Under the pieces are notes generated by a model. It was not told where the DNA came from and did not search any database. It worked only from the letters and a program-made list of their open reading frames with translations. Positions 27,566-37,323 of a stretch of DNA of 55,448 nucleotides are shown here, piece after piece. The stretch is from Candidatus Parvarchaeota archaeon. Lineage in GTDB: Archaea; Nanobdellota; Nanobdellia; Parvarchaeales; Parvarchaeaceae. A program made the translations under genes and the position numbers. The stretch lies in assembly GCA_023378865.1 (NCBI GenBank), contig JAMCSP010000018.1, forward strand, positions 1-55,448, given 5' to 3'. Each line of letters starts with the position of its first letter. Positions within the stretch are counted from its first letter, which is position 1.

Positions 27566-27865
27566 TCAGCCGAAAAGACTGCTTAAACCAGCTGCTGCTT
27601 CTTCTGCGCTCTTAGCTTCATCTTTATGCGGTTCTTCTTTCTTTGCTTCTTTACTTGGCTGTGCAGCCGGAGCTGAAACTACCTGTGCATTCTGTGCTTC
27701 TTCTATTATTTTGTTTATGTCTACACCCTTTAATGCAGAAACTACTACCTTTATTTGAGCATCATCAGGTTGTGCGCCTGTAGAGGCAATCACATTTTTA
27801 AGCGATTCCTCAGTAATCTCCTTGCCTAAGCTATTCAATAACATTGCAGCGTATACATACTCCAT
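27566..27865 (-). CDS. rpl12: 50S ribosomal stalk protein P1 (L12e)
   Basis: 99 aa. MEYVYAAMLL start, Ala/Glu/Lys hinge, conserved C-terminal GLSSLFG. Confidence 0.9.
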   Translation of the reverse strand: MEYVYAAMLLNSLGKEITEESLKNVIASTGAQPDDAQIKVVVSALKGVDINKIIEEAQNAQVVSAPAAQPSKEAKKEEPHKDEAKSAEEAAAGLSSLFG

Positions 27866-27867
27866 AT

Positions 27868-28713
27868 TTATTTGCCTCCTATTACTTTATTTAATGCATT
27901 GGCTTCATTCATAGCCTTTGCCAATATGTCTCTTGCATTCGAACTTGAGACTATATTTCTATTTACAGATAAAAATCTTACTCCTATATAAATCTTTTTA
28001 ATCATAGGTTTTATCGAATATTTGTTGATTATACCGCTATTTACTGATATTTTTAGCGCTGCATTGAATATCCTTGAAATATCAGTTATGTAAGTTTCCT
28101 TCTTGGTGTACATTAAGTTCTTGCTAAATATTGTTTTTCCATCATAAGCATATGCAATAGAAAGCACTAATTCCTTTGGCCTTATATCCATGCTTGAAAG
28201 TATTCCTGCTATCTTTTCATTTACCTTTTCACCTTTTTTTACAACAGTAGTATCCGCTATTATGCTTATCTTCCCGCCCTCATTTTTTGTCTTAACTCCT
28301 ATTGACGAAAACTGCGAAAGCATAGGGCCGGGAGGGAAAGGAGTTGGTCCGCTTGGTAATATTATTTCATTTTCTGATATTTCTCCTGCCTTTAATTTCG
28401 TGAAAGTGCTGTTTTCCATTGCTTCTCTTGCGATATCGAATGGGTCTTCATTTGAAAGCAGGAGCACTGGCATTTTTACTTCCTTTACTTTTTCTGCAAG
28501 CTTATAACCTGCCTTATTCAATGCATTAAATATAACAACTTTGTTTGCGTATACAAAATCTGCCTTTTTTCTGAAAACTTTCTTAATCCTTTCAAAGCTT
28601 TCGGAAGGGTAACCCGCTATTTCAATTATGCCTATGGTTTTATATTCCCTGATTTTTTTATCCAGCTCTGTAGCCATCTTCTCTTTTTGCAAGGATCCTC
28701 TTGACTTTTTCAT
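27868..28713 (-). CDS. rplP0: 50S ribosomal stalk protein P0 (L10), short form lacking the acidic C-terminal tail
   Basis: 281 aa. Positioned between L1 and P1. N-terminal rRNA-binding-like region. Ends ..NALNKVIGGK with no hinge or LFG tail. Confidence 0.85.
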   Translation of the reverse strand: MKKSRGSLQKEKMATELDKKIREYKTIGIIEIAGYPSESFERIKKVFRKKADFVYANKVVIFNALNKAGYKLAEKVKEVKMPVLLLSNEDPFDIAREAMENSTFTKLKAGEISENEIILPSGPTPFPPGPMLSQFSSIGVKTKNEGGKISIIADTTVVKKGEKVNEKIAGILSSMDIRPKELVLSIAYAYDGKTIFSKNLMYTKKETYITDISRIFNAALKISVNSGIINKYSIKPMIKKIYIGVRFLSVNRNIVSSSNARDILAKAMNEANALNKVIGGK

Positions 28714-29354
28714 ATAGACACCTTTTTACCCATAGTTGACTTCAAATACATGTGTTTTATACTTGCATCACCATTTAGCAGATTTGATTTTACAAATGAG
28801 TATATAGACATAACATTATCAATTATGTTCTCTTTTTTTGAATCCTGATCTCCAACTTTAATGCTTATTGCATTGCTTTTTTTGGTGTTTATCTTAACAA
28901 AATTCTCAACTTTTTTGGCCTGTGCATTCAGATCCATATCCGGTGTTATAATTGTATTTGTCTTCGGGTTTGGCATCTTGTTGGCTGCAGTGAGCTGTTT
29001 ACCGAACTTTGCAGCCATCTGTGCCATAATGGATGCTTCTGCAAAAAAGTAATCATGCTCTTTTATCAGCTTTCTTATTGCCTTCTTATCAAAAGTCTGA
29101 AAATCATCTTTAAGTATAGTTTTTGAGAAAACGCCATTTGCTTTTGTTATCATATCTTTGTCAACGAAAGCGCATGTTTTTACTTCTCTGACTTTATTTG
29201 GGAGGGAAATGACGGAATCTAACGGCGTTTCTGACTTGTTTTTTCTTGGTCTAAGTACCATTATAAAGTCTATCGACTGCCTGAATTTTCTCTTCTTCTC
29301 TTCTATCTCTTTCAGCACTTCTGCCAGTGCCTTTTCCGCATTTTCTTTCTCCAT
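28710..29354 (-). CDS. rpl1: 50S ribosomal protein L1
   Basis: 214 aa. ..RKFRQSIDFIMVL.., typical L1 length, position upstream of P0. Confidence 0.88.
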   Translation of the reverse strand: MEKENAEKALAEVLKEIEEKKRKFRQSIDFIMVLRPRKNKSETPLDSVISLPNKVREVKTCAFVDKDMITKANGVFSKTILKDDFQTFDKKAIRKLIKEHDYFFAEASIMAQMAAKFGKQLTAANKMPNPKTNTIITPDMDLNAQAKKVENFVKINTKKSNAISIKVGDQDSKKENIIDNVMSIYSFVKSNLLNGDASIKHMYLKSTMGKKVSI

Positions 29355-29464
29355 ATGATTGAAATATAAAGAAACCTAATGTTTTTAAAGCTTTTTAAGT
29401 TTTCTGTTCCAATTATTGGTGAGTAGAGTATAATTATAATAATATCGCAAGCGTAATTATCAAT

Positions 29465-30739
29465 ATGAAACCTTCGGATATACTAAAATATTACCTGAAT
29501 GACAATATAATAAACAGGCTTTTAAATGTCAAGGACAGGGAATGTGCTGCAAGGTATTACGATAAATTCGGCAAAAGGCCAATGCTTTTTCAGTATCCTA
29601 GCGATGTAGAGGCCCTGATAAAGACAGGGGCCACAAGTTTTCACGTAAGTGAGGAACGATGGATCAACCCCCTCCTATTAGATAAAGAACTTCCGAAGGA
29701 GCAGCTGGATGACATGAGGAAAGGGTGGGATCTTCTAATAGATGTCGACTGCAAGATACTTGATATTTCAAAGATTTTTACTAAAATGATAGTGGATAAG
29801 ATAGGGAATGAAGGAGTAAGAAGCGTTTCTGTCAAGTTCAGCGGCGGCAGCGGTTTTCATGTTTTAGTGCCATATGAAACTTTCCCGGAATCAATAAACG
29901 GTGTTAGTACCAAAAGGCTTTTTCCCGATGCGCCTATGGTAATCTCTCTTTTTCTTAAGAATGAGCTTAGAGATAAACTTGAAAGTGAAATAAAGGGCTA
30001 CGGAATAGACAGAATTGCGAAGGAATTAAACACGGAAAGAGAAAAGTTCTACTCAAATGAAAAGTTCGATCCTTATTCTATAATAGACATAGATACTGTT
30101 CTGATATCAGAAAGACACATGTTTAGGATGCAGTATTCTCTCAATGAAAAGAAATGGTTCGCTTCGGTTCCAATAAATAAAAACAATGTTGAAGGATTTA
30201 GTCTTGAGCAGGCAAAGCCAGACAATGTTGATACCAGCCTGGATTTCTTTGATTTATCTCCGCAGAAAAATGAAGCGTCATCCCTTTTTATAAGGGCATA
30301 CGATGCATTTGAATCTGAAGATAGAAAAGCAGAAGAGCCAGCGGAAATAAAGTCCTTTGTTCCGGTTTCTCTTCCTCTTGATATTGAAAAGCTACCGCCA
30401 TGCATAAAGATTATACTGAATGGCCTTTCCGACGGCAGAAAAAGGAGCGTGTTTATCCTTGTAAACTTTCTGAGAAGCATAGGGAGGACTAAGGAAGAAA
30501 TAACCGGCTTTCTTTTGGAATGGAATAACAAAAACAAGCCGCCTTTGAAGCAAAATTTAATTTTACAGCAGATTGAATATTCCTTTTCCGGTAAATCTTA
30601 TCCTCCCCCCAACTGCGATTCCAAAGGATATTACAAGTTTTTCAACGTTTGTTTTCCGGATCAAACCTGTAAATTAATAAAGAATCCATTATCATACTAC
30701 ATAAAGGTAAACTCCAAGAATCACAAGAAATCCAAGTAA
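29465..30739 (+). CDS. priS: DNA primase: catalytic PriS domain fused to a PriL-type C-terminal Fe-S domain
   Basis: 424 aa. AEP motifs LLIDVDCK (DxD), FSGGSGFHVLVPY, and DIDTVLISERHMFRMQYSLNEKK. C-terminal LPPCIKIILNG..GRKRSVFILVNFL and YPPPNCDS..FNVCFPDQTCKLIKNPLSYY (four Cys, PriL-CTD pattern). Confidence 0.8.
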   Translation: MKPSDILKYYLNDNIINRLLNVKDRECAARYYDKFGKRPMLFQYPSDVEALIKTGATSFHVSEERWINPLLLDKELPKEQLDDMRKGWDLLIDVDCKILDISKIFTKMIVDKIGNEGVRSVSVKFSGGSGFHVLVPYETFPESINGVSTKRLFPDAPMVISLFLKNELRDKLESEIKGYGIDRIAKELNTEREKFYSNEKFDPYSIIDIDTVLISERHMFRMQYSLNEKKWFASVPINKNNVEGFSLEQAKPDNVDTSLDFFDLSPQKNEASSLFIRAYDAFESEDRKAEEPAEIKSFVPVSLPLDIEKLPPCIKIILNGLSDGRKRSVFILVNFLRSIGRTKEEITGFLLEWNNKNKPPLKQNLILQQIEYSFSGKSYPPPNCDSKGYYKFFNVCFPDQTCKLIKNPLSYYIKVNSKNHKKSK

Positions 30740-31374
30740 TTTTTCTTAATGAATGGTAGCAGTGATTTTATGTCTTTGAAATACATGTACCCAAGATTTT
30801 TTAGTAGTGGGTTATTAACTCCAATAAACTTTACTTCGGCGTTTACACTGGCTTCATAGTCTGTTTCTGCGTCTCCAACATAAAACGTCTTCTTTCTTTC
30901 AGCTTTAATCAGCTTTATTGCTTTATTTATTACATAAGGATCTGGCTTCTCATGTTTTAGAGCAGGAGAATTTACTACCTTTGCTAGAGAGTGCAGATTA
31001 AAATAAGGTTCAATCTTCGCTAGTTCTTCGTCATTCATCGACGTTGCTATGCAAAAGGCTATTTTTTTAATCTTTAGGAATTTTATAAGCTGCAGTGCCC
31101 CCGGGTAGAACTTTATTTTTTTTATGTATTTTTCTGTAAATAGCTCATCTTTAAGTTTTATTATTTCCTCCATCTGTTTGCCCGTTAGATTCAGGGCATA
31201 CTTCTTGGAGGCTATACCAAGCATTTTTTTTGAAGGGAATCTTATGTTTTTTTGAATAAACTGCATAGATATTAAGTTCTTTCCCACAACCTCATCAATT
31301 GCTTCTTTTATAAGTTCTGAGTGAATATTGAAGCTATTTATCAGAGTCCCGTCCAAATCAAATATTATTGCCAT
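30721..31374 (-). CDS. HAD-superfamily phosphatase/hydrolase
   Basis: 217 aa. Motif I IIFDLDGTLINS, motif II ATSM, motif IV VGDAETD. Confidence 0.8.
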   Translation of the reverse strand: MAIIFDLDGTLINSFNIHSELIKEAIDEVVGKNLISMQFIQKNIRFPSKKMLGIASKKYALNLTGKQMEEIIKLKDELFTEKYIKKIKFYPGALQLIKFLKIKKIAFCIATSMNDEELAKIEPYFNLHSLAKVVNSPALKHEKPDPYVINKAIKLIKAERKKTFYVGDAETDYEASVNAEVKFIGVNNPLLKNLGYMYFKDIKSLLPFIKKNYLDFL

Positions 31375-31416
31375 CCAATATACTGTGTTTTGTATTAAAA
31401 ATACTTAACTTTTGGA

Positions 31417-32550
31417 TTAACTATTCAAATACATCATTTTGTTTTCTATTGAATTTTTCAAAGTATCTACCAATTCCGTGTTCTCTATATTGTTGAATAC
31501 CGATTCTATAAACCCTGTCGCTATCATTTTTACAGCGTTATTCCTGTCTAATCCCCTGGACATTGCATAAAACAGCACATCCTTATCCAATGGCTGGGAG
31601 GATGCAGAGTGGTATGCCTTTAATTCATTCGTTTCTATCTCCAAACTGGGTACTGAAATGCTCTTTGCATTTTTGTCAAGGATAAGCGAATGCTCCGAAA
31701 GATAAGCATAAGAATTGGAGGCATGTTTTTCCTGCCTTATAACTCCTTTATAGACGGCCTTTGAGCTGTTATCCAGCACTGCTTTGTAATTCAGGTTGCT
31801 GTTTGTATTTTTTTCTGAATGTATTACCTCGCTTTCAATGTCAAAATAGCTTTCATTATTTCCTATTAGCCCCTGTTGTATGTTTACTTCAGAATGTTCA
31901 AGCATATTCATTCCCAACCTGTTTCTGCTTACATTTTCATTTATCAATAAAGATATAAAATTGACTTTTCCCTTCGTTATTAAATTAAGATTTGTAATGC
32001 TTCTTCCTTTAGATTTATCTAAAAGCATAAAGTTAAGTTCCGAATCCTCTTCTAGAATTATGTCTATATTTTGGCCGGAATAGGCGTTTTTATATGAATC
32101 TACTTCATCATTAATGTAAAGCTTGCTGTTTTTTCCGATTACTAAAATTATTTTTGCTAATTTTCTGCCGGATTTTACAGTTTGCTTTATCATAAGGGGT
32201 TTACCTATGTTTATATCATCCTTAAAGGTTATTACAACCCCCTTGGAAAAATCGGAATTTATAAGAGCTTCTATCTTATCCCTGTCCTTAAATTTATAAA
32301 ATTCATCTGGTTTTTCTTCTAAGTCCTTTATGTTTTTAATTTCTAATTTGTCTTTGAAAGCATCCTTGTCGTAGTATAAGAATTCATCTAATTCATTATT
32401 TTTTTCCTGTAAATCATCGAAATACAATTCACTTTCTCTTTCTACGTATTTTAAAAATATCTTTTTGTCCTCTAAGCTTAATCTGTCTGCGTTGTCTTTC
32501 TCCTCTTTTCTATACTCCAAAAGCCAATCCGGCTCGGTTTCATTTTTCAT
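31417..32550 (-). CDS. sufD: Fe-S cluster assembly protein SufD
   Basis: 377 aa. Follows sufB. C-terminal SufB/D pattern ..SASSQPLDKDVLFYAMSRGLDRNNAVKMIATGF. Confidence 0.75.
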   Translation of the reverse strand: MKNETEPDWLLEYRKEEKDNADRLSLEDKKIFLKYVERESELYFDDLQEKNNELDEFLYYDKDAFKDKLEIKNIKDLEEKPDEFYKFKDRDKIEALINSDFSKGVVITFKDDINIGKPLMIKQTVKSGRKLAKIILVIGKNSKLYINDEVDSYKNAYSGQNIDIILEEDSELNFMLLDKSKGRSITNLNLITKGKVNFISLLINENVSRNRLGMNMLEHSEVNIQQGLIGNNESYFDIESEVIHSEKNTNSNLNYKAVLDNSSKAVYKGVIRQEKHASNSYAYLSEHSLILDKNAKSISVPSLEIETNELKAYHSASSQPLDKDVLFYAMSRGLDRNNAVKMIATGFIESVFNNIENTELVDTLKNSIENKMMYLNS

Positions 32551-32558
32551 AAAAAGGA

Positions 32559-33953
32559 TCAGCCGACTGCTCCTTCCATATTTATTTTTATTAGCCGGTT
32601 AAATTCAACTGCGAATTCTATTGGCAGCTCCTCTACGAATTCTGAGATGAAACCAAGAACTATCATATTTATAGCTTCCAATTCTGATAAGCCCCTTGAT
32701 TCAAGGTAAAATAATTGTTCATCTCCTATTTTACCTACTGATGCTTCGTGTGATATAGTACTTTCCTTTTCATCTACTTCCATATAAGGGTAGGTGTCTG
32801 TTCTTGAAATATCATCAAATATCAATGCATCACATCTGGTGCTTGATTTAACGTCAGTTGCTCCTTTTTTTACTTTTACTAATCCCCTATATGTAGTTCT
32901 TCCACCATTCAGACATATTGACTTTGAACGGATAACTGAGCTTGTATTAGGGGCCAAATGAACTGCTTTTGTACCCGTGTCCTGATGCTGGCCTTTATTT
33001 GCAAGCGCAACTGATAGTACATTTGATTTAGCGCCAGGTTCCATTAAATAAACTGAGGGGTATTTTTCAGTTACCTTTGAGCCCATGTTTGCATCTATCC
33101 ATTCTACGAAAGCGTTCTCATATGCAAATGCTCTTTTAGTTACCAGATTGTAAACATCACTGGACCAATTTTGAACAGTTATATATTTTACATGCGCATT
33201 CTTATGAGCTATAACCTCTACTACAGCAGCATGCAATGAATCTTTTGAATAAACAGGTGCAGTACAACCTTCAATATATGTAACATCTGCCCCCTCGTCC
33301 GCTATTATTAATGTTCTTTCAAACTGCCCCATATTCGCAGCATTTATCCTGAAATAAGCTTGCAGAGGCATGGGCACTTTGACTCCTTTCGGAACATATA
33401 TAAAACTGCCTCCCGACCATACAGCAGAGTTTAATGCCGCAAATTTATTGTCATTTGGCGAAATGACCTTACCAAAGTATTTTTTAACCAGTTCAGGATA
33501 TTTTTTGATTGCAGTGTCTGTATCGCAGAATATTACACCAAGTTCTTCCAGCTCCTTTTTTATGCTGTTGTAAACTACCTCGCTTTCGTACATTACCTCT
33601 ACGCCGGAAAGCGATTTCTTTTCTGCTTCTGGTATTCCGAGTTTATCATACGTGTCTCTTATGTCTTCTGGTAAATCGGCCCAGTTATCTGTTTTTTTAT
33701 CAGTAGCTCTTGCAAAGTAGGTTATATTCTCGAAGTTTATTTTTGAAAGGTCAGCGCCCCATTCAGGAACAGGTCTTTTTACAAAGAACTTATATGCAGT
33801 TGTTCTAAAATCCGTCATCCATTCTGGTTCATCTTTAAGCTTTGAAATCCTTCTTACAACTTCCTCTGACAAGCCTTCATTGAATAGTATCTTGTATTTT
33901 GCAGTCGAGTTTTTAAAATCATATTTACTGTAATCAAATTCTATTTTTTCCAT
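32559..33953 (-). CDS. sufB: Fe-S cluster assembly protein SufB
   Basis: 464 aa. ..IEGCTAPVY.., [34 protein letters not shown]. Confidence 0.92.
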   Translation of the reverse strand: MEKIEFDYSKYDFKNSTAKYKILFNEGLSEEVVRRISKLKDEPEWMTDFRTTAYKFFVKRPVPEWGADLSKINFENITYFARATDKKTDNWADLPEDIRDTYDKLGIPEAEKKSLSGVEVMYESEVVYNSIKKELEELGVIFCDTDTAIKKYPELVKKYFGKVISPNDNKFAALNSAVWSGGSFIYVPKGVKVPMPLQAYFRINAANMGQFERTLIIADEGADVTYIEGCTAPVYSKDSLHAAVVEVIAHKNAHVKYITVQNWSSDVYNLVTKRAFAYENAFVEWIDANMGSKVTEKYPSVYLMEPGAKSNVLSVALANKGQHQDTGTKAVHLAPNTSSVIRSKSICLNGGRTTYRGLVKVKKGATDVKSSTRCDALIFDDISRTDTYPYMEVDEKESTISHEASVGKIGDEQLFYLESRGLSELEAINMIVLGFISEFVEELPIEFAVEFNRLIKINMEGAVG

Positions 33954-33954
33954 G

Positions 33955-34692
33955 TTAAATTAGTTGTTTGTATCCTTCTTTCTTTATCTGCTCTATAAGC
34001 TGGTAATCCCCGCTTTTTATTATCTTGCCGTCTTTCATCACACTTACCACATCCGGTTTTATGTAATCCAATATGTGATCATTATGTGTTATCATTAAAA
34101 ATCCCGTATCCTTGGATAAGTTTTTGGTTACTTCTCCGAGCATTCTTACGCTGTCTATATCCATCCCGGAATCGATCTCGTCCAATATAGCAATCTTTGG
34201 TTTCAAAAGCATAACCTGAAGAAGTTCAAATCGCTTCTTTTCTCCGCCCGAGAATCCTTCATTTAGAGATCTTTTTAGAAACGAATCCGGAAGGTTCAGT
34301 TCATTCATCTTTTTTATGATTTCTTTTCTTAGTTCGGGGTCTTTTCCCTTTAGAGTGGTATGTGCCGTAACCAAAAAATTCATCGTGTTTACACCGGAAA
34401 TTTCCACAGGCTCCTGAAAAGCCAGGAATATCCCTTTTTTTGCACGTTCATTTACCTTTAATTTCAGCAGGTCTTCTTCATTAAATTTTATTGAGCCAGA
34501 TTTTACAGTGTATTTAGGGTTGCCCATTATGACGTTTGCCAGTGTGCTTTTTCCGCTGCCATTAGGCCCCATCAGAACATGTATCTTTCCCCTCTGTACT
34601 AAAAGATCTACTCCATTAAGCACATTTTTCTGGTTGACAGATACTTCTAACCCCTTTATTTCTATTTGTTCCATATTAATTTGATCCGGCAA
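33955..34692 (-). CDS. sufC: Fe-S cluster assembly ATPase SufC
   Basis: 245 aa. Walker [13 protein letters not shown] signature FSGGEKKR, Walker [11 protein letters not shown]. Confidence 0.93.
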   Translation of the reverse strand: MPDQINMEQIEIKGLEVSVNQKNVLNGVDLLVQRGKIHVLMGPNGSGKSTLANVIMGNPKYTVKSGSIKFNEEDLLKLKVNERAKKGIFLAFQEPVEISGVNTMNFLVTAHTTLKGKDPELRKEIIKKMNELNLPDSFLKRSLNEGFSGGEKKRFELLQVMLLKPKIAILDEIDSGMDIDSVRMLGEVTKNLSKDTGFLMITHNDHILDYIKPDVVSVMKDGKIIKSGDYQLIEQIKKEGYKQLI

Positions 34693-35038
34693 TTTGAAGT
34701 AGGCAGAGAAATTCCTTTAGGTCCTTTTCTTTTATTACTCCAAAGTCCCTTGTTGCTTTGCAGATCTGGCAGGTCTTTAGATTTAAGTCTAGTTTGTTGT
34801 CATAAATCATATCTGCCATTTGGTCTAAATATTCCATGAACTTTTTATTTTTAATCATCTTTTCTGTTATCAGCCCCCTCAAACCGCTTTTATACTGCGA
34901 AATTGCAGGCTGTGTTATCCCCAATAGCTTTGATGCGTCTTTTTGGGTCATTCCTTTCTTCAGGAGCTTACCTGCTATTATCGCCCTGGAAGAAGGTATT
35001 ATCTCCGATATAACCTTTGAGCAAAACAGTTCTGACAT
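34676..35038 (-). CDS. small XRE-type HTH transcription regulator with C-terminal Cys motif, coupled to sufCBD
   Basis: 120 aa. HTH MTQKDASKLLGITQPAISQYKSG. C-terminal KTCQICKATRDFG...FLCLLQ. The 3' end overlaps sufC by 17 nt. Confidence 0.6.
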   Translation of the reverse strand: MSELFCSKVISEIIPSSRAIIAGKLLKKGMTQKDASKLLGITQPAISQYKSGLRGLITEKMIKNKKFMEYLDQMADMIYDNKLDLNLKTCQICKATRDFGVIKEKDLKEFLCLLQIAGSN

Positions 35039-35107
35039 ACATTTTATAAGACGTTGCTCTTTATAAATATAACGGCGTTATAACCATATACTTAATGCAA
35101 GAGACAA

Positions 35108-35782
35108 CTACCAAAGCTTTGTAATATAAGTTATGAATATAAACGCTATAAACACTATAAATGTTATTAGAAAAGCTATATAGCTTATTATACTAAATGC
35201 TCCAATTGTTAAAAGGAAAATAAATGTAATTATATAAATAATCGAATTATGATAAATCAGATTTGCACCATTGAATCTTTTTTCCGGCAGGAAATCAATT
35301 AAAACAAACATTGCCAAGGCTATTCCTGACATTAAAAATCCCGTTTCATTTAAAATATGCCATAAAGTTGTCAATATAAAAGCAGCGAATAAAAGAAGAG
35401 AAGAAGATAGAAAAGTTATTTCCCACTTTTCATGTATGTTTACCGCCCCTTTTTTCATTCCTTTCAGTGTATTCAGTCTGCTGTAATTATTGTAGCTTAT
35501 TACAGGTATAAGGACAGGTATGCCAAAACTGGATGCAACCAATGTAGCTATAACTGAAAATATCAATCCAGCAATCCAAAAAGTTCCGCTTACTTTGGCG
35601 TGGAAAAAACCAGCTATAAAATTCTTTGTTAAGAATATGAGAAAAGATATTAAAAGAATAAGCAAAGCATACAAAAAAAGCTGCGAAATTTTAAGATAAT
35701 AAAAATTTACTGCAAACAATGCGATTATGTCTATCAGTATATAAGCAAAGAATCTTCTGTTGTTTCTATTTATGAATTCCAT
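35108..35782 (-). CDS. polytopic membrane protein, unknown function (possible degenerate M50/site-2-protease-like)
   Basis: 224 aa, about 6 TM helices. FFHAKVSG where S2P proteases have HExxH. LIDFLPEKRFNGANL where they have NLLPxxPLDGG. Confidence 0.4.
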   Translation of the reverse strand: MEFINRNNRRFFAYILIDIIALFAVNFYYLKISQLFLYALLILLISFLIFLTKNFIAGFFHAKVSGTFWIAGLIFSVIATLVASSFGIPVLIPVISYNNYSRLNTLKGMKKGAVNIHEKWEITFLSSSLLLFAAFILTTLWHILNETGFLMSGIALAMFVLIDFLPEKRFNGANLIYHNSIIYIITFIFLLTIGAFSIISYIAFLITFIVFIAFIFITYITKLW

Positions 35783-36854
35783 TTTCCTTTTTTTCTTTTC
35801 TTTTATTAAATTTTAAGTGTATCAATATCAATATGAATATTGATACAGCAGTAAGTATTACATATCCAAGAGTATCTATTATTGACAGAAGATTGGGGCT
35901 GCTTGGCCGCTTAGGCAAAGTAAATATATTCTGGTTTACTTTTGATAAGTTATCGGATTCATATGAAATCTTAACGCTTTCGACAGTGCTTTTCGGCAGT
36001 ATAACTTCTATTTTTGTTGTGTTTACATTTAGTTCATAAGGTTCGCTGTACTGAAATGTGCTCCCGTTTACTTCGAGTGAAAACTGTATGGTTATATTCA
36101 GGGGCACATTGTTGTAATTTTTTATGTATGATACCCAAATTTCTCTTGTTGAATTTATGGGTGTAACGTTTACATTATAGAAAGACATATTAATTAGTGG
36201 TTTTATCAGAACCGTTTCATATAATTTTGTAAATGAATAATTTTGATATCTGCCCGTGAAAGGAACCGATATTTTATCCTGATATCCTTTTTGCAGGGAC
36301 AGGTTTATTGGAATTGTTATGTTTGAACCTGGATTTAAATTAAAAGTTTGATTAAAGGTAAGGGATATTGATATATTTCTGAATATGGGAAGAGACCAGT
36401 TCATCTGTAAAGGCGTATTTCCATTGTTCTTAATGCCTATTCTTATTCTAGAAAAGTTTTTGATTATTTCGGTAGTTTCATAATTTCCTGTAAATGTAAA
36501 ATCCGGAGTTGGTTTTATGTAAATATTAGCCGTAGAATTTAAATGAAAATTGAATGTGGAGAAATGAACCGAGGGATAGTACCTCCCGTAAGGCATATTG
36601 CTTACATTATAATGCAATATCCGGTATCCACTGTAATTTGCGGGCAGCTTTCCATAAAGTACAGGCGTATTATTCAAAAATATCGTATAATTGGTCCCTA
36701 CTGGGAAATATGCCGATAAATTGAAATATTCATACTGGTTTATAGATAAACTGCTGTTTAGAGCATTAAAAGAAGCGGATATGGAAGCAGCATGCGCGCT
36801 TCCTACAACTAAAAACAGGATAAATGCTCCTAAAATAACTATTTCAGGTCTCAT
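35766..36854 (-). CDS. secreted, C-terminally anchored sequon-rich surface protein
   Basis: 362 aa. Signal peptide (..GSAHA/ASIS), many N-x-S/T sequons, beta-rich repeats (IKNNGNTPLQMNWSLP resembles CARDB-type domains), C-terminal TM helix plus KFNKRKEKKE tail. Confidence 0.55.
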   Translation of the reverse strand: MRPEIVILGAFILFLVVGSAHAASISASFNALNSSLSINQYEYFNLSAYFPVGTNYTIFLNNTPVLYGKLPANYSGYRILHYNVSNMPYGRYYPSVHFSTFNFHLNSTANIYIKPTPDFTFTGNYETTEIIKNFSRIRIGIKNNGNTPLQMNWSLPIFRNISISLTFNQTFNLNPGSNITIPINLSLQKGYQDKISVPFTGRYQNYSFTKLYETVLIKPLINMSFYNVNVTPINSTREIWVSYIKNYNNVPLNITIQFSLEVNGSTFQYSEPYELNVNTTKIEVILPKSTVESVKISYESDNLSKVNQNIFTLPKRPSSPNLLSIIDTLGYVILTAVSIFILILIHLKFNKRKEKKENGIHK

Positions 36855-36960
36855 TAAACTTTAAATCATGTATTAAATATATAAGCTTAATAATTAGAAT
36901 AAGCAGCCAATAAAGTTTCCCATTGGAAAGTCTTTTTAATTACAAAGTTTTAGTTATATT

Positions 36961-37323
36961 ATGGCAATAGGCTTTGCATTGTTTGGTTTGCTTATAATAG
37001 TCGCAGTTATAGTTTGGATTTCTTTTATAAAACTGTCCAATTTTCTTAGCCCTAAGACCAAAGCAGTCGGTAAAGGCAGTTTTCCAATAGAAAGCGGCGA
37101 AAGATCAATTGCAGGAATGAGGAATGTCGGCTTCCAGTATTTTTTTTATGCTCTTATATTTGTTGTGTTGGAAGCAATGTCTGTGCTTGTTTTTCTCTGG
37201 GCCGAAAGTGCAAAATTACTTAGCATAGGTATTTCCGTACCTGTACTGATAGCGCTTTTTTATATGGTAATTCTAGTAAGGTATCTCTTGAAATTAGAAG
37301 ATAAGCTTTCAGAGGAGGATTAA
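36961..37323 (+). CDS. nuoA: NADH:quinone oxidoreductase subunit A
   Basis: 120 aa, 3 TM helices. ..FPIESGE..FQYFFYALIFVVLEAMSVLVFLWA pattern. First gene of the nuo cluster. Confidence 0.78.
   Translation: MAIGFALFGLLIIVAVIVWISFIKLSNFLSPKTKAVGKGSFPIESGERSIAGMRNVGFQYFFYALIFVVLEAMSVLVFLWAESAKLLSIGISVPVLIALFYMVILVRYLLKLEDKLSEED

Noticed and set aside
36916-36929. Short inverted repeat TTTCC-CATT-GGAAA upstream of nuoA
   Set aside because: The arms are only 5 bp, which is expected by chance in a 100-nt AT-rich spacer.
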